Shown here piece by piece: positions 36,116 through 45,286 of a DNA stretch of 64,000 nucleotides. Every line of letters begins with the position of its first letter. The stretch's first letter is position 1. The DNA is taken from positions 130,115 through 194,114 of the IMG/VR virus record IMGVR_UViG_3300022699_000302. The stretch is one strand, 5' to 3'. The position numbers were made by a program, and so were the translations under genes. The notes beneath the pieces are model-generated. The model had not been told where the DNA came from, searched no databases, and saw only the letters and a list, made by a program, of their open reading frames with translations. The stretch comes from a virus.

Positions 36116-38941
36116 GTGCTGATCAAATATACACCTCCTGCATTGGATGATTTTGAGCCGCCTGCGGTCGATATCTTCGGTCGTGAATGGGGGAAGTATG
36201 CCAGTCGCAGCTATACTCCTCCTAAGATCGAGGAGTACCTTAAGACAGCTGAACCGGTAGACGGGCACCGTATCATCCTTGTTCATGGCCTGGGTTCATC
36301 CGAGGTATGGGGGGCTAACCGTAACGGAGACGCTTTTCCTGAGCACATGGTGGGTCCCGAGGGTCAAAAAGAAGCGACCCTAATCAACGGAGACGAAGAC
36401 AAGGACTGGGGGTACCACACCTTCCAGAAATACGCTTACTCTTTTCGTGACCACAAAAACCAAGATCCTAAGCTCACGATTGGTGGCAAAGTGATCGTGG
36501 CCGACTGGAACCCCGAGATGCACCGGGTCGAGATCGTTATGCCGATCTCGGAAAAGCTGGCTGCTGATGTAGTTGAGAAGATCGATAAGGGCGAGCCCGT
36601 CGAGGTTTCGATGGGTTGCTTCATCGCGGGTACGCTGATTACGATGGCCGACGGTTCCCGGAAGCCGATCGAAGATATCCAGGTTGGTGATTACGTACTG
36701 ACTCACAAAGGCCGTTCCCGCAAGGTGACCGAGCTTCATAAGCGGCCGTACGACGGCGTGTTCTTCGCGATCAGGCCTGAGGCGCACGAGCCTTTTGTAT
36801 GTACTCAGGAGCACCCTCTTCTTGTCGTAGACCGTGATGACGTCAAGAAAGGTAAATCGGGAGGGCCTCGATGGGTCACCAAGGAAGAGGCAGATCGAAT
36901 TGAGCCCAAGTGGATTCACGCCGAGTGCTTCAATCCCGATCAGCATTATCTACTTGAGCCGGTCTTGCAGGACGTTGTGACACCTGAGTACGCCACTCGT
37001 GAGTTTGCCCGTCTGCTTGGATATTATGTTGCCGAAGGGCATGTTCTTCGAAACAAGAGCAAAGACATTTGCGGCGTAGAGTTCACCGTCAATACGTCGG
37101 ATATTTTCTTGACCGAGATTGGTGAGCTTGCCGAGAAGTACGGCACGAAGAACCCGCCTGTAATACGTCAACGGGATAATTGTGACGACGCCGTGTCTGT
37201 TCAGATTTTTGATGCGGAGCTGGCCGAGCGGTTGTACGCCCATGGTGGATCGTACGCCAAACAGAAAAAGCTGTCCGAATCCTTCATGCAGTGGCATCCG
37301 GACATCCAGCGTGAATTCGTTGGAGCCTGGGCAGAAGGTGACGGGCACGGTCTGGATTCTGGAGCACTCAGCATTTCCACCGGATCTGATGCCTTGGCTT
37401 GGCAGTTGATGACTGTCCTGGCCCGGATGGATATTTGTGCTTCAATCAATTGCCTTACCCACAAGGCCGGATCTGGTCTCTCGAAGAAGACCACATATGA
37501 GTGGGTAATTCACGTCGGAAAACAGTGGGCACAAGATCTTCACGATGTGTGTTTGAAAATCAAAGACTCGCCCGTTCTTCTGGCGAAGAATAACCGCCTG
37601 CACACAGGTAAGTTCATCATCACTCCTGTGCGGGAAATGGAAGCCAGTCGTAACGCAGTCGATGTTTACAACTTCGAGGTGGAAGAAGATGAATCCTATG
37701 TAGCCGCCGGGGTTGCGGTTCACAACTGCAAGGTCGCTTATGATGTCTGCACCAAGTGCGGCAACAAAGCCAAAAACCGAGGCTATTATTGCAAGCATGC
37801 CCGGTATGAGATGGGCAAGCGCGACCCCGACGGACGCAAGACAGCAGTGCTCAACCCGCGTCCGAAGTTCTTTGACATTTCGATCGTGAAGCGCGGGGCT
37901 GATCGCGGAGCCAAGATTCTACTGAAAGTGGCCTCGAGCCAGATCCAAGTCCCGGATTGGCCGGATCGTAAATCAATCACAGCTGGCCTCAAGCTGAGTG
38001 ATATCGAGAAAGAAGTGCCCGGCGCCATCAAAGGCATCTCTCCGAGTACTTCAATGCAGAACCTCGAGAAGTCCCTTCAGCGCCGTATGGTTCAAGCCGA
38101 TATGGCTACGGCTGAGCCCCTGCCTCCCAAGGTCGCTTCTCTCATGAAAACGCGTCCTGACGAGGCATACTCAGCCCTTACCTCAGCGGGCATTGTATTG
38201 ATGCCGGGTGAGACTCCTGACGCTAAATCTCTGAAGCTCGGTTCGTATCGCCCCGATATTTGGGCTGGTATTGATCTCGAAGAGCTGATGAAAAAGAGGT
38301 CGATGTACGACCCGTTCTTCCTGCCTCGTGTCTTCACCAAGATGGCTCAGGCCAAGCACGGGATAATTGATCTCTCTGAAGAAAAGTTGGCTGCATCCGA
38401 TGCAACCAATTCAACGTATCGTACCTATCTCAAAATGCTGGGTGATATGTTCCGCAACGGGGATAAGTTGGCGGCCCTCTTCAAAACAGCCAATGAAGAT
38501 GAGCGAGTAGTCTATCAAGTCCGTAAGGGTGTCGATGAGTGGGCGAAGTTTGCCTACTACTGGGACTCCACGGAACGAAAAGGTTACTCGATTGACGATA
38601 TCGCTAATTTTCTCGGCCTTGATCAAGAAAAGACAGCAGCTCTACCTTCAGCCAAGCAGGTAGGTGAAGCTGCTCAGTGGGGCTGGGAAGGAGCAAAAGG
38701 TTTGGGTCGCGGTCTTACGGAGGCTTTAGGTATGGGAGCAACTCCTGCCTATCCCTTCTCCGCAGGGGTTGCGGCTCTTGGCGCCCCGATGCTGATGAGT
38801 CAATTCTATGCCGATAAGATGATGCGTGGTGAGGATCCTGGTGTTGTAGGACGCACTGTCGCTAAGCATCCATTGGCTACCTCAGCAGCAGGTCTTTTGG
38901 GGTCGATGAAACTTCATTCAGCTATGAATAGGTGGCGCTAA
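36116..38941 (+). CDS. Prohead (maturation) serine protease with intein and C-terminal extension
   Basis: NRNGDAF, FRDH (His), VSMG (Ser), CTKCG..CKH, FFDISIV..GAD..AKI. Confidence 0.8.
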   Translation: MLIKYTPPALDDFEPPAVDIFGREWGKYASRSYTPPKIEEYLKTAEPVDGHRIILVHGLGSSEVWGANRNGDAFPEHMVGPEGQKEATLINGDEDKDWGYHTFQKYAYSFRDHKNQDPKLTIGGKVIVADWNPEMHRVEIVMPISEKLAADVVEKIDKGEPVEVSMGCFIAGTLITMADGSRKPIEDIQVGDYVLTHKGRSRKVTELHKRPYDGVFFAIRPEAHEPFVCTQEHPLLVVDRDDVKKGKSGGPRWVTKEEADRIEPKWIHAECFNPDQHYLLEPVLQDVVTPEYATREFARLLGYYVAEGHVLRNKSKDICGVEFTVNTSDIFLTEIGELAEKYGTKNPPVIRQRDNCDDAVSVQIFDAELAERLYAHGGSYAKQKKLSESFMQWHPDIQREFVGAWAEGDGHGLDSGALSISTGSDALAWQLMTVLARMDICASINCLTHKAGSGLSKKTTYEWVIHVGKQWAQDLHDVCLKIKDSPVLLAKNNRLHTGKFIITPVREMEASRNAVDVYNFEVEEDESYVAAGVAVHNCKVAYDVCTKCGNKAKNRGYYCKHARYEMGKRDPDGRKTAVLNPRPKFFDISIVKRGADRGAKILLKVASSQIQVPDWPDRKSITAGLKLSDIEKEVPGAIKGISPSTSMQNLEKSLQRRMVQADMATAEPLPPKVASLMKTRPDEAYSALTSAGIVLMPGETPDAKSLKLGSYRPDIWAGIDLEELMKKRSMYDPFFLPRVFTKMAQAKHGIIDLSEEKLAASDATNSTYRTYLKMLGDMFRNGDKLAALFKTANEDERVVYQVRKGVDEWAKFAYYWDSTERKGYSIDDIANFLGLDQEKTAALPSAKQVGEAAQWGWEGAKGLGRGLTEALGMGATPAYPFSAGVAALGAPMLMSQFYADKMMRGEDPGVVGRTVAKHPLATSAAGLLGSMKLHSAMNRWR
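36617..37726 (+). mobile_element. Intein with LAGLIDADG homing endonuclease (370 aa)
   Basis: N-terminus CFIAGTLITMADG; C-terminus VYNFEVEEDESYVAAGVAVHN followed by +1 Cys; LLGYYVAEG and FVGAWAEGDG endonuclease blocks. Confidence 0.95.
38387..38409. repeat. 23-bp dispersed palindrome, copy 5 (inside the protease gene)
   Basis: TTGGCTGCATC C GATGCAACCAA, read as LAASDATN. Confidence 0.9.
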
Positions 38942-38981
38942 AGAAGTAGAACCAGTCAAACTTTCTACATTGACATTGACG

Positions 38982-39568
38982 AAGGTATCCACAGTGCGTG
39001 GATCGTCTCTATCCTTAGGAGGATACAATGAATCTCAAGAAACTCGCGTCTCTTATGTCCGAGGAACAGGAACAACTGGACAACGGAGAGACGGAAGAAA
39101 CTCCGGTGACCAACAAGGTTGCCAGTCAAGAAGAAGGCTCTGACGACAGCGAAGAGCGTGTGCTCAAGGTTGCCGCCGAAGCCTACGCTCTCGGTAAGAT
39201 CGTTTCTTTCGGTGCGGCTGATCAGCTCGATAAGATCGCCCGTATGGCCAAGGAATCTGCCGAAGGTGGCGGTCCCGATGCTGCTGATGCCCCGTCTGTG
39301 GGTGGCCAGGGCTCGAAGGCCAAGGAAGAGGGCGACAGTCTGCCCACCAACTCGCCGGCTCCTGCCGATGAGGCCAGCTCCAAGCACCTCAAGGAGCAGG
39401 ACATCAAGGAAAGCCCCGCTCCGGTTCACTCGAAGGGTGATAGCCAGGGTAAGGGCATGGAGTCCCATACCGGCAAGAAGGCCGAGGACGAAATCAAAAG
39501 CCGCAGTGTCCTGAAGGCGGCTCTGGGCCTCTAAACACTGAGGTTGAGATCCACGCACAGGATACTTT
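38982..39568. repeat. Long-range inverted repeat bracketing CDS 39028-39534
   Basis: GTGCGTGGATC (38994-39004) is the exact reverse complement of GATCCACGCAC (39548-39558); GTATCC (38985-38990) pairs with GGATAC (39560-39565). Confidence 0.7.
39028..39534 (+). CDS. Acidic scaffold-like head protein
   Basis: AGGAGG RBS; KLA, KVA x2, KIA and KES motifs. Confidence 0.7.
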   Translation: MNLKKLASLMSEEQEQLDNGETEETPVTNKVASQEEGSDDSEERVLKVAAEAYALGKIVSFGAADQLDKIARMAKESAEGGGPDAADAPSVGGQGSKAKEEGDSLPTNSPAPADEASSKHLKEQDIKESPAPVHSKGDSQGKGMESHTGKKAEDEIKSRSVLKAALGL

Positions 39569-39580
39569 GGGAGAAATCAA

Positions 39581-40003
39581 ATGAGTGATATCAGCTTCGC
39601 CGAGCTACTTCAGGACTTCAATTCCATCAAGGAAGCTGAGGCTGCTGAAGCTAGTGAGGCCGAAAACAAAGAAGCTGAAGACACGGAAGCGACTGAGCCG
39701 CAGGACGTCGAAGACGAGGAAGCGTCGAAGGAGGCCGAAGAGGCTGATTACGATGCCGACGAATCGGAAGAAGTCAAAACGGCTGCGGAATGGTTGGATG
39801 AGGTCACACCTGGCCTTGTTGAGCTTTCTGAAAAGGTCGCTTCGGTGATCGACAGCGATGATGATCGTGAACTGTTTGGCCAATGCCTGGATTCCGTTCT
39901 TCTGTTCAAGACAGGCGGATGGCTTCAGGAAGGGCATGGAGAGGATGCGCCCTCCATCGTTCGCATGGCCAACGAGCTCTACAGGAGCGTCCGCGACGCA
40001 TAG
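39581..40003 (+). CDS. Acidic scaffold-like head protein
   Basis: GGAG RBS; KEA, KTA, KVA and KTG motifs. Confidence 0.7.
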   Translation: MSDISFAELLQDFNSIKEAEAAEASEAENKEAEDTEATEPQDVEDEEASKEAEEADYDADESEEVKTAAEWLDEVTPGLVELSEKVASVIDSDDDRELFGQCLDSVLLFKTGGWLQEGHGEDAPSIVRMANELYRSVRDA

Positions 40004-40029
40004 TCGGGTCAGTACAGCAAGGAGAAGAA

Positions 40030-40593
40030 ATGTCCGAGAAGTACAATAGCCTGACGAAAGTAGCCAAATCCCTTTCTCATATGTCTTCCGAGAAAGAGAA
40101 GCATGCTGCTCTGTCGCGGTATGAAGGATACGGTTACGACGATCAGGTCAAAATTGCCCGTTGCTATCTCTACCTCCAACAGGAAGAGGAAGCGACGAAG
40201 CAAGCTGCTGAGAATGGTGACGAGGAAGTCGAAGTCTTGACTTTCAAGTCCGCCGCTCAGCGACTCAATACTGCTATCGAACTTGCCCACTACCAGGCCT
40301 TGATGGAAGACGAAACGATTCAGAAGAAGGCTGAGGAGGCGGCTGCCGCCGGCGCTCTGATGTCCAGTCTTCTGGTCGATTACGTCGAAAAGAGGGCCAA
40401 GGGACTTCCTCCGGAAATGAAGGCCATGAAGCAGAAGATGCAGAAGGCCGAGGACAAGGACGATGACGGCAAGAAGCTCGAGGACACCGCTGGTGAACAC
40501 GAGAATCTTCCCGATTCGAAGTCTGAGTACAAGGACTGGAAGGAAGAAAAGGGCAAGAAGAAAGAAAAAGACAAAGACAAGGACGAGGATTAG
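40030..40593 (+). CDS. Scaffold-like head protein
   Basis: GGAG RBS before ATG 40030; KVA, KHA, KIA, KQA, KSA, KKA and KRA motifs. Confidence 0.7.
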   Translation: MSEKYNSLTKVAKSLSHMSSEKEKHAALSRYEGYGYDDQVKIARCYLYLQQEEEATKQAAENGDEEVEVLTFKSAAQRLNTAIELAHYQALMEDETIQKKAEEAAAAGALMSSLLVDYVEKRAKGLPPEMKAMKQKMQKAEDKDDDGKKLEDTAGEHENLPDSKSEYKDWKEEKGKKKEKDKDKDED

Positions 40594-40596
40594 TCC

Positions 40597-40878
40597 ATGT
40601 CTGATTTGAAGGATTTTATCAATAGCGCAGTAGAGGCTGCCCGGAAGGACAACCTAGTCCCTCGGTCATCCCCTGATGCTGTTGAAAAAGAAGCGGATGA
40701 AGACGCTGGGGAAGATAACCCCGACCTCATCGTCGAGGAACATCTGAAGCAGGAGGCCGCTAAGGAAGCGTCGGCAGAGATTCATCGGGCTGTCAAGCTC
40801 GGGTTCTATGCCATGCTCACCGCTGGAGATTCCCTCCTTGCCGTTGACAGGTGCCGTCGTGAACGAGAAGGCAGCTAA
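40597..40878 (+). CDS. Small scaffold-like head protein
   Basis: KEA x2 and KLG motifs. Confidence 0.6.
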   Translation: MSDLKDFINSAVEAARKDNLVPRSSPDAVEKEADEDAGEDNPDLIVEEHLKQEAAKEASAEIHRAVKLGFYAMLTAGDSLLAVDRCRREREGS

Positions 40879-41272
40879 AGAACTGATTCAGGTGGCCAAA
40901 CAAGCCCGAGTCCGTATTGATTCTCTGGAGACAGAGCTTAAGACGGCTGCGGCCCGCAACGAGGTTGCTTTGTTTGTGCTTGAAGCCGTGAAGGAGGGAT
41001 CAGTCGATCCCGAAGACGTCTTCGAGTACTACGACAGGGTTTCCCAAGAAGGGGTTGATTTTTTCAAGAAGGCTGTAGCACTTGGCCTTTCGGATAATGC
41101 TGAAAGCTTCGGCTCCATCATTGATCGGAAGGACGTATCTACGGCCGGTTTGTCCAAGGCTGCTTCTTGGCAGCCGACTATCGGCGGCGAAGAAGTCGAT
41201 CATTTTAGTCGCGGAGTCCTTGAACTGAAGTCTATGTTGTATGGAGAGGCCCTACCATTCGATCAGTTCTAG
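40859..41272 (+). CDS. Scaffold-like head protein
   Basis: Probable GTG start at 40859; KAA, KTA and KKA motifs; coiled coil. Confidence 0.6.
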   Translation: MNEKAAKELIQVAKQARVRIDSLETELKTAAARNEVALFVLEAVKEGSVDPEDVFEYYDRVSQEGVDFFKKAVALGLSDNAESFGSIIDRKDVSTAGLSKAASWQPTIGGEEVDHFSRGVLELKSMLYGEALPFDQF

Positions 41273-41296
41273 GGGCCCGCACAGGAGAAAGAAACA

Positions 41297-41923
41297 ATGC
41301 CTGAATTTAATGACACAACCGGCCAGGTAAAGACCTCCTACATTGTGCAGGTCGACGCCAAGGCCGAGGGTTTCGAGCGCATTAATCTGCCGCGTGGGCA
41401 GACCGACATTCCTGAAGGCGCTCTTATGGTTCGCAACGCTCAAGGCGTGGCGGATCTTCCTGACCCGGGTACGGTTGCCGGCGGTCCTCTTCTGGACAGC
41501 CGCATGGTGTACATCAACTTCTCTAACCCTGAGGCTCCTCAGACGAGCGACCGGGCGGTTTGGAACGAAGTTGGCGGCACTCAGTACTCGGTTCAGCTCG
41601 ATGCCGGTGGTTTTGCCGGTATTCTGGGTCACGCTCTTCGTGTGACTCTGCCGTACGACGATCGTTTCTTTGTCAATGCGGACATCGGCAGCGTCGCTGT
41701 TGGTGAGCCCCTGACGATGAAGCGTGAAGCGGACGGGTACGCTGTTCGTCCGAGTGAAGCCAAGTTTGGCCGTCCTACCGGCGGTGCTCTTGGTACGGGC
41801 ATGCCGACTCTGTTGGGTGCTCCGACGAACGCTGAATCGGATCTTCGGTTCGCCACGGTTGACGCGATCAACGACGGTGCGCAGAAGATCACCATCATCT
41901 TCAATAGCATTGGTACCAAGTAA
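41297..41923 (+). CDS. Capsid decoration/cement-like protein
   Basis: Directly upstream of the MCP, AGGAG RBS, beta-rich; assignment is positional. Confidence 0.5.
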   Translation: MPEFNDTTGQVKTSYIVQVDAKAEGFERINLPRGQTDIPEGALMVRNAQGVADLPDPGTVAGGPLLDSRMVYINFSNPEAPQTSDRAVWNEVGGTQYSVQLDAGGFAGILGHALRVTLPYDDRFFVNADIGSVAVGEPLTMKREADGYAVRPSEAKFGRPTGGALGTGMPTLLGAPTNAESDLRFATVDAINDGAQKITIIFNSIGTK

Positions 41924-41964
41924 GGATAAGCTCTCTTACTTGGTGTCTTGAGGAGGACACATAA

Positions 41965-43110
41965 ATGAGTCTGGTAACAGCCGAAGAATTCAACCCGGTC
42001 TTCTTCGATGCCCTCCGCGAAGGTGGTGGAGCTATCGAAAAAACCGGTCAGGTGATCGGCGACTACATCCAGGAACGCATCCGTGAAAGCGGCTTTGCAC
42101 GCAAGATCCTGGACGTACAAACGGTCACCGCCAATAGTCCCGGCATGCAGGTCGATCCGAACGGCGTGCATGATGGGTTCGAATACGTCGTTCCTCTGGA
42201 GCCGCAGACCGTGGCCCAGCGGGTCGACTTCCGTGCCGATCCTGAGCGCACCTGGATCCAGGGCAAGCGCTTTCCGATTCGCTTCCAGAAGGTCGCGACG
42301 GACGAGTTCAACAAGCCGGAGGAAGAACTCCTGGCCCACCGTGAGCCTGTCCTGAAGATCATCGAGCAGAACTCGATCAAGGATATGCAGGAGCAGGAGG
42401 ACATCGCGTTTCTTGACCACGTCAAGTCTGCGGCTGGCCTCGCCACCCTGCGTCTCAACGAGTCTGCGGCAGCGGGCGGAGGTTTCCTCGGGTTCACCAC
42501 TGGTGCCCAGGTCGACGCGTTCTTCAAGGGTACCGCAACGGCTGACCCCATTGCGAACCCGCAGACCTCGAACATCATTCTGTCGCCCAACAGCTACTTC
42601 CGTCGTGAGACCATCTCCGACCTGCAGAAGGTGCTGCTGGCCCGTCAGCTTGAGCTCAAGGTCTTCCTGATGAGCGCTCAGACCTTCACGGATACCCTGC
42701 GTTGGTTCTCAGACGAAGTAGGCCACGAGATCGCTACCAAGATCACCGTCGGTGGTTACAAGGAAGCGACTGTCGGTGGATTCACCTTCGTCACTTCCAT
42801 CAAGACTGATCGTCGCCTGGTTCGCCCGGGTCACATCTACGGCTTCGCGGATAAGGCTGCCCTCGGCAAGTTCCTTATCCTCACGGCGCCGAAGTTCTGG
42901 CTCAACAAAAGAGCCAATATCATCCAGATGGCGGCCTGGGAAGTTATCGGTGCTGGCATCGGTAACATCAACGGCGCAGCGATCCTGCTTCTGGCAGGTG
43001 CGGAACCGATCGATATTCCGGTTCCGACTGCGGTCTACACCTCTGGGTTCATTCGCGTGTTCCCGGAAGGTCGCGACCGTAGTGCTGGTGCTCTGCCTGA
43101 CGCAAGCTAA
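41965..43110 (+). CDS. Major capsid protein (HK97 fold)
   Basis: GAGGAGG RBS; IRESGFARKIL and SIKDMQEQEDIAFL HK97-like spine helix; strongly biased codons; followed by a strong terminator. Confidence 0.85.
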   Translation: MSLVTAEEFNPVFFDALREGGGAIEKTGQVIGDYIQERIRESGFARKILDVQTVTANSPGMQVDPNGVHDGFEYVVPLEPQTVAQRVDFRADPERTWIQGKRFPIRFQKVATDEFNKPEEELLAHREPVLKIIEQNSIKDMQEQEDIAFLDHVKSAAGLATLRLNESAAAGGGFLGFTTGAQVDAFFKGTATADPIANPQTSNIILSPNSYFRRETISDLQKVLLARQLELKVFLMSAQTFTDTLRWFSDEVGHEIATKITVGGYKEATVGGFTFVTSIKTDRRLVRPGHIYGFADKAALGKFLILTAPKFWLNKRANIIQMAAWEVIGAGIGNINGAAILLLAGAEPIDIPVPTAVYTSGFIRVFPEGRDRSAGALPDAS

Positions 43111-43147
43111 GCAGGGGTAGCACTTCGCTTTTGATCAAAGTACATTG

Positions 43148-43181
43148 GGGCACGAGTCTTAGGGCTCGTGTCCTTTTGTTT
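43148..43181 (+). terminator. Intrinsic terminator after the MCP
   Basis: GGGCACGAGTC-TTAG-GGCTCGTGTCC followed by TTTTGTTT. Confidence 0.85.
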
Positions 43182-43198
43182 CTAGTTTAGGAGGTACT

Positions 43199-43897
43199 AT
43201 GAGTACCCTGATTATCCGCCCTCGGCATATCTACCGCGTCTCACTGAAAGGTGAGAAGCCCATCAAGATGTACCTCTCTACAGGAGATTATCGATCTCTC
43301 GAGAAAGCATCGGATTGCATCATGACCGGCAACACTCTGAACTCTGTTGGTTTGATGAAAGAGATGGACCGAGGCAACATTGAAGTCAAGAAGTTTGAGC
43401 TCATTGCCCCGGATCCCGATAAGTCCCCAGATGCTCACGAGAGATACTCAGCGACCATGCGTCATTTGATGCGTGGTTTTGTTCTCTTCCTCTCTGATCT
43501 CGGTGTGGTTCATTCGCCGGCGTCGGATCGCGACCTGCAGGAAGATCGGTTTGCCGCTAAAAGGCAGGAAAAAGTTCTTCTTCCCAACGAAGAAGACGAG
43601 CTCCCGACCGAGGAGGTCGAACCCGACCAGGCCGATCGTCTTGAAGGTGCTCTGTCTCGAACACCTCTGACTGTCGTCAAAGGAGGCGAAGAGTCCGATA
43701 CTGAAAAAGAGGGGAAGAAAGAAGCCAAGGCCGGGTCCGAATCAAAACCAGACGACGATGTAGATCTAATTGTGGATGAACCCGAGCCCAAGTCCAAATC
43801 CGAGGACGACAAGGAGAAATCGACCAAGAAGAAGTCCTCGAAGAAAAAGGGCAGTAAGCAGGGCAAGAAACGGTCGAAGAAGAAAAGTAAGGACTAA
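43199..43897 (+). CDS. Hypothetical protein with Lys-rich tail
   Basis: AGGAGG RBS; ends KSTKKKSSKKKGSKQGKKRSKKKSKD. Confidence 0.7.
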   Translation: MSTLIIRPRHIYRVSLKGEKPIKMYLSTGDYRSLEKASDCIMTGNTLNSVGLMKEMDRGNIEVKKFELIAPDPDKSPDAHERYSATMRHLMRGFVLFLSDLGVVHSPASDRDLQEDRFAAKRQEKVLLPNEEDELPTEEVEPDQADRLEGALSRTPLTVVKGGEESDTEKEGKKEAKAGSESKPDDDVDLIVDEPEPKSKSEDDKEKSTKKKSSKKKGSKQGKKRSKKKSKD

Positions 43898-43902
43898 ACC
43901 CA

Positions 43903-44439
43903 ATGCCTCATCCTAGTGAGCGCCCCAACAACTTTGACTCGCCGGAGACGGAAGACTCCTTTTATCCCAAACCGCCTAAAGACTGGGTTGAGGTGTTGAA
44001 GCTGTATCTTCGTGATATCGCCGAGAACAATATTCTCCTGAATCAGGAGGCTGAATCCCGGCCTGAGATGTTGGAGCTTGCCTGGGGCATTGCGTTGATG
44101 GACTGGAACGAGTCGTCTCCGCGACTTCGTTCGGTAGGGTTTCATGACCACCCTTTCCGTACCGGCCTTCTCTATAAGGCAGCGATTGAGACGATTCGTT
44201 CCGTGTCTATTGCTATGATGCGTAACGAGCTCGATTACCAAGATGGTGACGAACGGTACGCCATCAATTCGCAGTATCGTGCTATGATGCAGTGGGCGAA
44301 TCAGTTAGACGAAGAGTACAAGCAGGGAAAACAGCGGATCAAGACCGAACTGAATAGCTCGTTGGCCTGGGGCGGTTGCTCCAGTGAGTTCGGGTTGATC
44401 TTTCCTAACCTGAGCCGCTCGGCTGTCACAATGGACTAA
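43903..44439 (+). CDS. Head-tail connector (neck) protein
   Basis: Helical adaptor-like ORF after the MCP; LLYKAAIETIRS pattern. Confidence 0.55.
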   Translation: MPHPSERPNNFDSPETEDSFYPKPPKDWVEVLKLYLRDIAENNILLNQEAESRPEMLELAWGIALMDWNESSPRLRSVGFHDHPFRTGLLYKAAIETIRSVSIAMMRNELDYQDGDERYAINSQYRAMMQWANQLDEEYKQGKQRIKTELNSSLAWGGCSSEFGLIFPNLSRSAVTMD

Positions 44440-44441
44440 GC

Positions 44442-45278
44442 ATGCCGATTGAATTCGAGGAAGTAACTGTCACCGCGATCACGCCTAAAAACAGCGTGGT
44501 CTCATGGGCTCTCGTTCCGACGATTGAGCCTCTTGGGCAGTGGCGCTTCGATGTTCAAAGATCGTATGCCCCACAGTCAGGATTCGAGACCGAAGTAGAA
44601 GGACTGCGCAATCAATTCTACTGGATTGACTCGAACCCAGCTGTTCTTTCCAAGTGGGAAACGACTTACTATCGGATTCGTGCTTACCAGGTTGACGCCG
44701 CCGGGGATGAAGTTCCGAATACGGAGGTTCTTTCCCACCCAGGTACGTTGAACGATCGGCTGTCCCCCAAAGTGTTGCACATCATCCGGAATAAACAGAT
44801 TGTCTACCGTCAGCTCGGTATCGGCCGAGAGTCACTAGTGTACAAGCGACGGGAATCCGGTCAGAGATGTCCGCAGTGTTGGGACGAGATCGAACAACGC
44901 GTTACCACACAAGAATGCCCTGTGTGTTATGGAACGGGCTTTCTCGGTGGGTTCTACCCGCCGATCAAGGTCTTGGTCCGCTACCTGCCTACCACCAAGC
45001 AGAATACTGTCGGAACCCAGCTGCAGGAGTACGCCTATTGTTCTGCTCGAGTAGCCAATTATCCAAAGCTGGAGCCTCGTGATGTCATCTACGAAATCGG
45101 CCAGGGCCGGTGGTGGATGGTGAACGTGGTTCAGCCTACTGAGAGTGAAAGAATTCTTGTGTCTCAGTTCTTACAGCTACATCTTTTGGACCCGCAAAAC
45201 ACTGAGCACGACCTTCCGGTCCCTACACTGGATAGTGAAGAAACCATCGATGCCCTGTGGTTGATCGGGGCGCAATAG
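44442..45278 (+). CDS. Head closure/neck protein with Zn ribbon
   Basis: CPQC...CPVCYGTGFLGGFY, then PKLEPRDVIYE beta-barrel. Confidence 0.6.
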   Translation: MPIEFEEVTVTAITPKNSVVSWALVPTIEPLGQWRFDVQRSYAPQSGFETEVEGLRNQFYWIDSNPAVLSKWETTYYRIRAYQVDAAGDEVPNTEVLSHPGTLNDRLSPKVLHIIRNKQIVYRQLGIGRESLVYKRRESGQRCPQCWDEIEQRVTTQECPVCYGTGFLGGFYPPIKVLVRYLPTTKQNTVGTQLQEYAYCSARVANYPKLEPRDVIYEIGQGRWWMVNVVQPTESERILVSQFLQLHLLDPQNTEHDLPVPTLDSEETIDALWLIGAQ

Positions 45279-45286
45279 GAGAAACA

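Noticed and set aside
38970-38981. TTGACA(TTGACG) as a sigma70 promoter
   Set aside because: There is no credible -10 hexamer at 16-18 nt spacing.
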